NCBI GenBank assembly: GCA_964291675.2
Contig: OZ219866.1
Span: forward strand, 160,001 to 224,000
DNA: 64,000 bases
From: Alphaproteobacteria bacterium
GTDB taxonomy: Bacteria > Pseudomonadota > Alphaproteobacteria > MPNO01
Direction of reading: 5' to 3'
Made by a program: the position numbers and the translations under genes. Shown here one piece after another: positions 59,857-64,000 of this stretch; within the stretch, counting starts at the first letter, position 1; the number at the start of each line of letters is the position of its first letter. The notes beneath the pieces were generated by a model. It saw nothing but the letters and a program-made list of their open reading frames with translations, was not told where the DNA came from and ran no database searches.

Positions 59857-60536
59857 AGCGCGGGCGCCTGGAGCGCGCGGAGGCCGCTTGCGGCGGCGAG
59901 CGGCGCGCCGGTCAGCGCCTGGAGCCCGGCGAGGTCGAGGCCGGCCACGATCTCGCGCACCGCGAGCCCGTCCGCCGTCACCTCGATCACCGCGAGATCG
60001 GTGTAGATCCGGTCGACCGCCGCGCGCCCGGTCAGCGGGTAGGTCGCGCGCTCGACGATCTTGGGCTCGCCGCGCCGGGTCACGTGGTCGGTCATGGCGT
60101 AGACCGCCTTGGCGCCGATCGCGAGGTCCATCGCCCCGCCGACGCCGGGCACCGCGCCCGCCGCCCCGGTCGACCAGTTGGCGAGGTCGCCATTGGCCGC
60201 CACCTGGAAGGCGCCCAGGACGCAGAGATCGAGATGCCCGCCGCGCACCATGGCGAACGAGTCCGCGTGGTGGAACAGCGCGGCGCCGGGCACCAGGGTG
60301 ACCGGCTGCTTGCCGGCGTTGATCAGCTCCTCGTCCTGGTCGGCCTCCGGCGGCTCGGGCCCCATGCCCAGAATGCCGTTCTCGCTGTGGAACACGATCT
60401 CGCGCTCGGGCGGCACGAAGTTGGCCACCAGCACCGGCTGGCCGATGCCGAGATTGACCACCGCCCCGTCCGGGATGTCCTGGGCGATGCGCCAGGCGAC
60501 CTGGTTGCGCGTCAGCCGATGTTTCACGTGTAACAT
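59853..60536 (-). CDS. pcaJ: 3-oxoacid CoA-transferase subunit B
   Basis: VNLGIG, SENG, GDLANW, GGAMDL. Confidence 0.85.
   Translation of the reverse strand: MLHVKHRLTRNQVAWRIAQDIPDGAVVNLGIGQPVLVANFVPPEREIVFHSENGILGMGPEPPEADQDEELINAGKQPVTLVPGAALFHHADSFAMVRGGHLDLCVLGAFQVAANGDLANWSTGAAGAVPGVGGAMDLAIGAKAVYAMTDHVTRRGEPKIVERATYPLTGRAAVDRIYTDLAVIEVTADGLAVREIVAGLDLAGLQALTGAPLAAASGLRALQAPAL
60520..60535. promoter_or_regulatory. parS: parS site inside the pcaI/pcaJ junction
   Basis: Minus strand reads TGTTACACGTGAAACA, matching TGTTNCACGTGAAACA. Confidence 0.75.
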
Positions 60537-61234
60537 TCGCCCCTCAGGATCGCCGCGCGCTCGCTCATCGGCTCGGGGACGCGGACCACGCGGTCGACGA
60601 AGATGCCGGGCGTGACCACGTGCTCGGGGTCGATCCCGCCGAGCTCCACGAGGGTGCGCGCCTGGACGATGGCGGTCTTCGCGGCCATGCACATCAGCGG
60701 GCCGAAATTGCGCGCCGCCAGCCGGTAGGCGAGGTTGCCCCAGCGGTCCGCCCGCTCCGCCTTGACCAGCGCGAAGTCGGCGTGCAGCGGGTACTCCAGC
60801 ACGTAGTCGCGCCCGTCGATGGTGCGCGTCTCCTTGCCCTCGGCGAGCTCGGTGCCGGCGGCGGTGGGGGTGTAGAACCCGCCGAGCCCGGCGCCGGCGG
60901 CGCGCAGCCGCTCGGCCAGCGTCCCCTGCGGCACCACCTCCAGCGCCACCCTGCCCTCGCGGTAGAGCCGCTCGAACACCTCGGAATGCGACGACCGCGG
61001 ATAGGTGCAGACCATGCGCGCGACCCGGCCGCGCTCGAGCAGGGCGGCGAGCCCGACATGGCCGTTGCCGGCGTTGTTGTTGACCACGGTCAGGCCGCTC
61101 GCGCCGAGGTCGATCAGCGCGTGGATCAGCTCGGTCGGCGAGCCCGCCTCGCCGAACCCGCCGATCAGCACCGTCGCGCCGTCGCCGATCCCGGCGACCG
61201 CCGCGGCCGCGTCCGCCACCCGCTTGTCGATCAT
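60524..61234 (-). CDS. pcaI: 3-oxoacid CoA-transferase subunit A
   Basis: MIDK, GGFG.AG, NNAG, PQGTLAER, ARNFGP. Confidence 0.85.
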   Translation of the reverse strand: MIDKRVADAAAAVAGIGDGATVLIGGFGEAGSPTELIHALIDLGASGLTVVNNNAGNGHVGLAALLERGRVARMVCTYPRSSHSEVFERLYREGRVALEVVPQGTLAERLRAAGAGLGGFYTPTAAGTELAEGKETRTIDGRDYVLEYPLHADFALVKAERADRWGNLAYRLAARNFGPLMCMAAKTAIVQARTLVELGGIDPEHVVTPGIFVDRVVRVPEPMSERAAILRGECYT

Positions 61235-61315
61235 CCGCGGAATCTAGGCAAGCGCCGCCCCGCCGTCCACAGTGGGGCGGTTGACCGGCCCCGCCGCCGG
61301 GCCCAGTCTGGCGCC

Positions 61316-62563
61316 ATGCAAGCGCTCTGCCGCGACTGCTTCGCCCAGCCCGACGGGGCGGAATGCGCGGCCTGCGGCTCGGCCCGCATCCTGCGCCACG
61401 CGGAGCTCGGCCGGCTCGCCATCGCCCATGTCGACTGCGATGCCTTCTACGCCGCGGTGGAGAAGCGCGACGACCCCGCCCTCGCCCACCGGCCGGTGCT
61501 GGTCGGCGGAAGGCGGCGCGGCGTGGTGATGGCCGCCTGCTACGACGCCCGGCGCTTCGGGGTGCGCTCGGCGATGCCGATGTTCGCCGCGCTGCGCGCC
61601 TGCCCCGACGCGGTGACGATCCGCCCCGACATGAAGAAATACGCCGCCGTCTCGCGCGAGGTCAGGGCGCTGATGGAGGGGGTGACGCCGGCGGTCGAGC
61701 CGCTCTCGATCGACGAGGCGGCGCTCGACCTCGCCGGCACCGAGCGCCTGCACCGCGCGAAGCCGGCGGCGACGCTCGCCCGACTGCAGCGCCGCATCGC
61801 CGCAGAGATCGGCATCACCGTCTCGATCGGCCTCAGCCACAACCGCTTCCTCGCCAAGATCGCCTCGGGCGTCGACAAGCCGGGCGGCTTCTTCGCCATC
61901 GGCAGGGGCGATGCCAGGCGCTTCCTCGCGCCCCGCCCGGTCGCCCTGATCCCGGGCGTGGGCGAGGCGATGGAGCGCCGGCTCGCGGCCGACGGGATCG
62001 CCACGATCGGCGACCTCCAGGCGCGGCCCGAGGCCGAGCTCGCGAGGCGCTACGGCGCCATGGGCCGCCGGCTTGCCCGGCTCGCGCGCGGCGAGGACCG
62101 GCGCCCGGTGGCCGGCCGGGCGATGCGCAAGAGCCTCTCGGCCGAGACCACCTTCGCGGACGACATCGCCGCCCCGGACGCGCTCGCCGCCCGGCTCTGG
62201 CCGCTCGCCGAGACGGTCGCGCGCCGGCTGAAGGCCGAGGGGATCGGCGCGCGCACCGTCACGGTCAAGCTCAAGCGGGCGGATTTCCGCATCCTGACCC
62301 GGAGGGCCACGCTCGCCCACGCCACCCAGTCGGCCGATGCGATCTGGCGCGCCGGCGCGAGGCTCGCGGCCAAGGAGGCCGACGGCACGCCGTTCCGGCT
62401 GATCGGCATCCGCGCGTCGAACTACGCCCCCGCCCAGGAGTCCGACCCGCCCGACCTCGCCGACCCCGGCGCGGCCGCCCGCCGCGACGTCGAACGCGCC
62501 ATCGACACCATCCGCGAGCGCTTCGGCGAGGACGCCATCGGTCACGGACGGGGGCTGGGTTAG
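61316..62563 (+). CDS. dinB: DNA polymerase IV
   Basis: HVDCDAFYA.VE, SAMP, SIDEA, LAKIAS..DKP. Confidence 0.92.
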   Translation: MQALCRDCFAQPDGAECAACGSARILRHAELGRLAIAHVDCDAFYAAVEKRDDPALAHRPVLVGGRRRGVVMAACYDARRFGVRSAMPMFAALRACPDAVTIRPDMKKYAAVSREVRALMEGVTPAVEPLSIDEAALDLAGTERLHRAKPAATLARLQRRIAAEIGITVSIGLSHNRFLAKIASGVDKPGGFFAIGRGDARRFLAPRPVALIPGVGEAMERRLAADGIATIGDLQARPEAELARRYGAMGRRLARLARGEDRRPVAGRAMRKSLSAETTFADDIAAPDALAARLWPLAETVARRLKAEGIGARTVTVKLKRADFRILTRRATLAHATQSADAIWRAGARLAAKEADGTPFRLIGIRASNYAPAQESDPPDLADPGAAARRDVERAIDTIRERFGEDAIGHGRGLG

Positions 62564-62573
62564 GGGCGGCTAA

Positions 62574-62626
62574 TGTTTCACGTGAAACAATGGTCAACCA
62601 TGCTGACCTATGTTTCACGTGAAACA
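62574..62626. promoter_or_regulatory. parS: Tandem parS sites (62574-62589 and 62611-62626) in a palindromic element
   Basis: Two perfect TGTTTCACGTGAAACA separated by 21 bp. Confidence 0.9.
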
Positions 62627-62915
62627 TTAGCCCGATCCGGTACGACATCGCGTCCCCCGGGGACGGGGGCGCCCCGCGCCCCGCAGCGGCGGGCGCCGCA
62701 TTCGCTCGCCGCGCCAGCACTCTGGCGGAGCGACTTGCGAGAGCGGTTCCGGCAGGCGCCGCAACCTCGCCCGACCCGTCATTTCTCGCGCAACGTCGCC
62801 CTCCGGGCCGAGGTTGCCCGTGGATGAGCGGGAAAATTCGACCAACCGGCTGCGTGACCAAGACCGCCCTTTTTAGACACCCCGATCCGGTCCCGGCTCG
62901 ATGCGGGGTCTGTCC

Positions 62916-62930
62916 TTAACTCCGGGTTAA
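62916..62930. promoter_or_regulatory. CtrA-type box TTAA-N7-TTAA
   Basis: TTAA-ctccggg-TTAA, 62 bp upstream of 62993, in high-GC DNA. Confidence 0.55.
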
Positions 62931-62992
62931 GGCCGACCCGTTACGTTCTTCCTGTCCACGCGATAGGACGACACAAGAGAGGGAACAAGGGC

Positions 62993-63271
62993 ATGGGTAC
63001 GACCGATCTCTTCCGGATCGCCATCTTCGCCACCAGCCTGGCGTTCTTGACCGCCGTGGGCCCCGCTAGCGCGGGCGCCGAGCAGGGGTCGAAGAAAGTT
63101 TGCCAGACCGCATGCGGCAATGCGGCGAACACCATGATGAACCAGAAGAAGACGGTGAAGACCGTCGAGCCGACCGAGTTCGGGGGCCGCTCGAAGAGCC
63201 GTACCGAGCCGGCCTATACGCCCGACCAGGTCAACGACTTCCTCAACAAGTGCTGGGGCAATTGCAAGTAG
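62993..63271 (+). CDS. Small secreted protein with two CxxxC motifs
   Basis: Signal peptide, CQTAC and CWGNC. Confidence 0.65.
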   Translation: MGTTDLFRIAIFATSLAFLTAVGPASAGAEQGSKKVCQTACGNAANTMMNQKKTVKTVEPTEFGGRSKSRTEPAYTPDQVNDFLNKCWGNCK

Positions 63272-63362
63272 CAATAGCCGGCAAAGCCCGGTGACGGGTC
63301 GCGGAACACTACGCCCGCGACCCTCCCACCGGAACCCATCGAATTCCACGAGGAGACAAACC

Positions 63363-63698
63363 ATGAGCATCCGCAACCTCACGCACCTGGCCGTCGCCGC
63401 GATCCTGCTTGCGAGCGCCAGCAACGCCGCGACCGCGAATGCCGAGGAGTCCGGCTTTCGTGTGCTCCCCGGACCGGGCATCAACGCCGGCCGCAACACA
63501 ATCCAGATCAACCCGAGGTTCGAATACAAGCGCCCGGGACGCTCGGGAGGCTACATGCAGCCGAATGTCCTGATTTCGCCGCTTTCCGCTAGGTTTCGAT
63601 CTGCCAAAGTCGGCTACATCTCCCGCAACGGTAGGACCGAAATCTACACCTTCGGCAACGGTCGCACCAGCGGCTTCGGCATTCTGCGGCGTTTCTAG
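63363..63698 (+). CDS. Small secreted basic Gly/Arg-rich protein
   Basis: GAGGAG RBS; signal peptide ending ANA. Confidence 0.65.
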   Translation: MSIRNLTHLAVAAILLASASNAATANAEESGFRVLPGPGINAGRNTIQINPRFEYKRPGRSGGYMQPNVLISPLSARFRSAKVGYISRNGRTEIYTFGNGRTSGFGILRRF

Positions 63699-63766
63699 AG
63701 GAAGCCGCGAACCTGTCGTGGATGCCACGACAACAGGTAACTCATACTCGAACAGGGAAGCGACCG

Positions 63767-64000
63767 ATGAAGAAATACGCAACCCTCAAGTTGGCTGTAA
63801 CCGCCATCGCCGTGCTGGGAGGATCGGCAGTCATCGGGGCAGCGCAGGCCTTTCCGTCTTGCCTGGCTGTTCCGGCCTCCATTTCCGGCGTGTCGGGCGC
63901 CGTGTGCACCGGCGCGCTTACGGCGGCTATCCCCGTTTGCACAACGCTGTGGCCGGTCGACTTCGGTACCACGTGCGGACTCGCGGTCTCGACTGCCGCG
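63767..64000 (+). CDS. Secreted Cys-containing hydrophobic peptide (truncated by the window edge; not in the ORF track)
   Basis: MKKYATLKLAV..AAQA-FPSCLAVP..VCTG..VCTT..TCG. Confidence 0.6.
   Translation, partial: MKKYATLKLAVTAIAVLGGSAVIGAAQAFPSCLAVPASISGVSGAVCTGALTAAIPVCTTLWPVDFGTTCGLAVSTAA

Noticed and set aside
61316-61400. Cys-rich N-terminus on DinB as a novelty
   Set aside because: A CxxC..CxxC leader is usual in alphaproteobacterial Pol IV.

Overview
High-GC alphaproteobacterial chromosome segment. The 16S looks Rhodospirillales-like, and the Calx-beta autotransporter and TPR-like secreted proteins resemble those of sponge/marine symbionts (inference). It is probably origin-proximal, since it carries an rRNA operon and four parS sites. 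Left to right: a minus-strand rrn operon (16S, tRNA-Ile, tRNA-Ala, partial 23S); an HD dNTPase + YwgA-like pair; catabolic genes (ComDE-like decarboxylase with an FAD monooxygenase, a complete hmfABCDE-like furoate cluster, IorAB, a MetE-like protein, an ABC transporter, a second molybdo-hydroxylase, an omega-aminotransferase, TauD, PcaIJ); a 1537-aa Calx-beta autotransporter; an array of secreted TPR-like paralogs and their fragments; dinB; and small secreted peptides behind a CtrA-type box. Strongest unexplained signals: (1) an unannotated irregular tRNA-like RNA (Sec/allo-tRNA-like scaffold, CAA anticodon) in an islet with a HEPN-like gene and a TA module; (2) six type II TA loci, five with a broken toxin, four of those keeping an intact-looking antitoxin; (3) parS sites built into a palindromic element and into the pcaI/pcaJ coding overlap. 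All calls come from reading the sequence and recalled family motifs; no searches were run.
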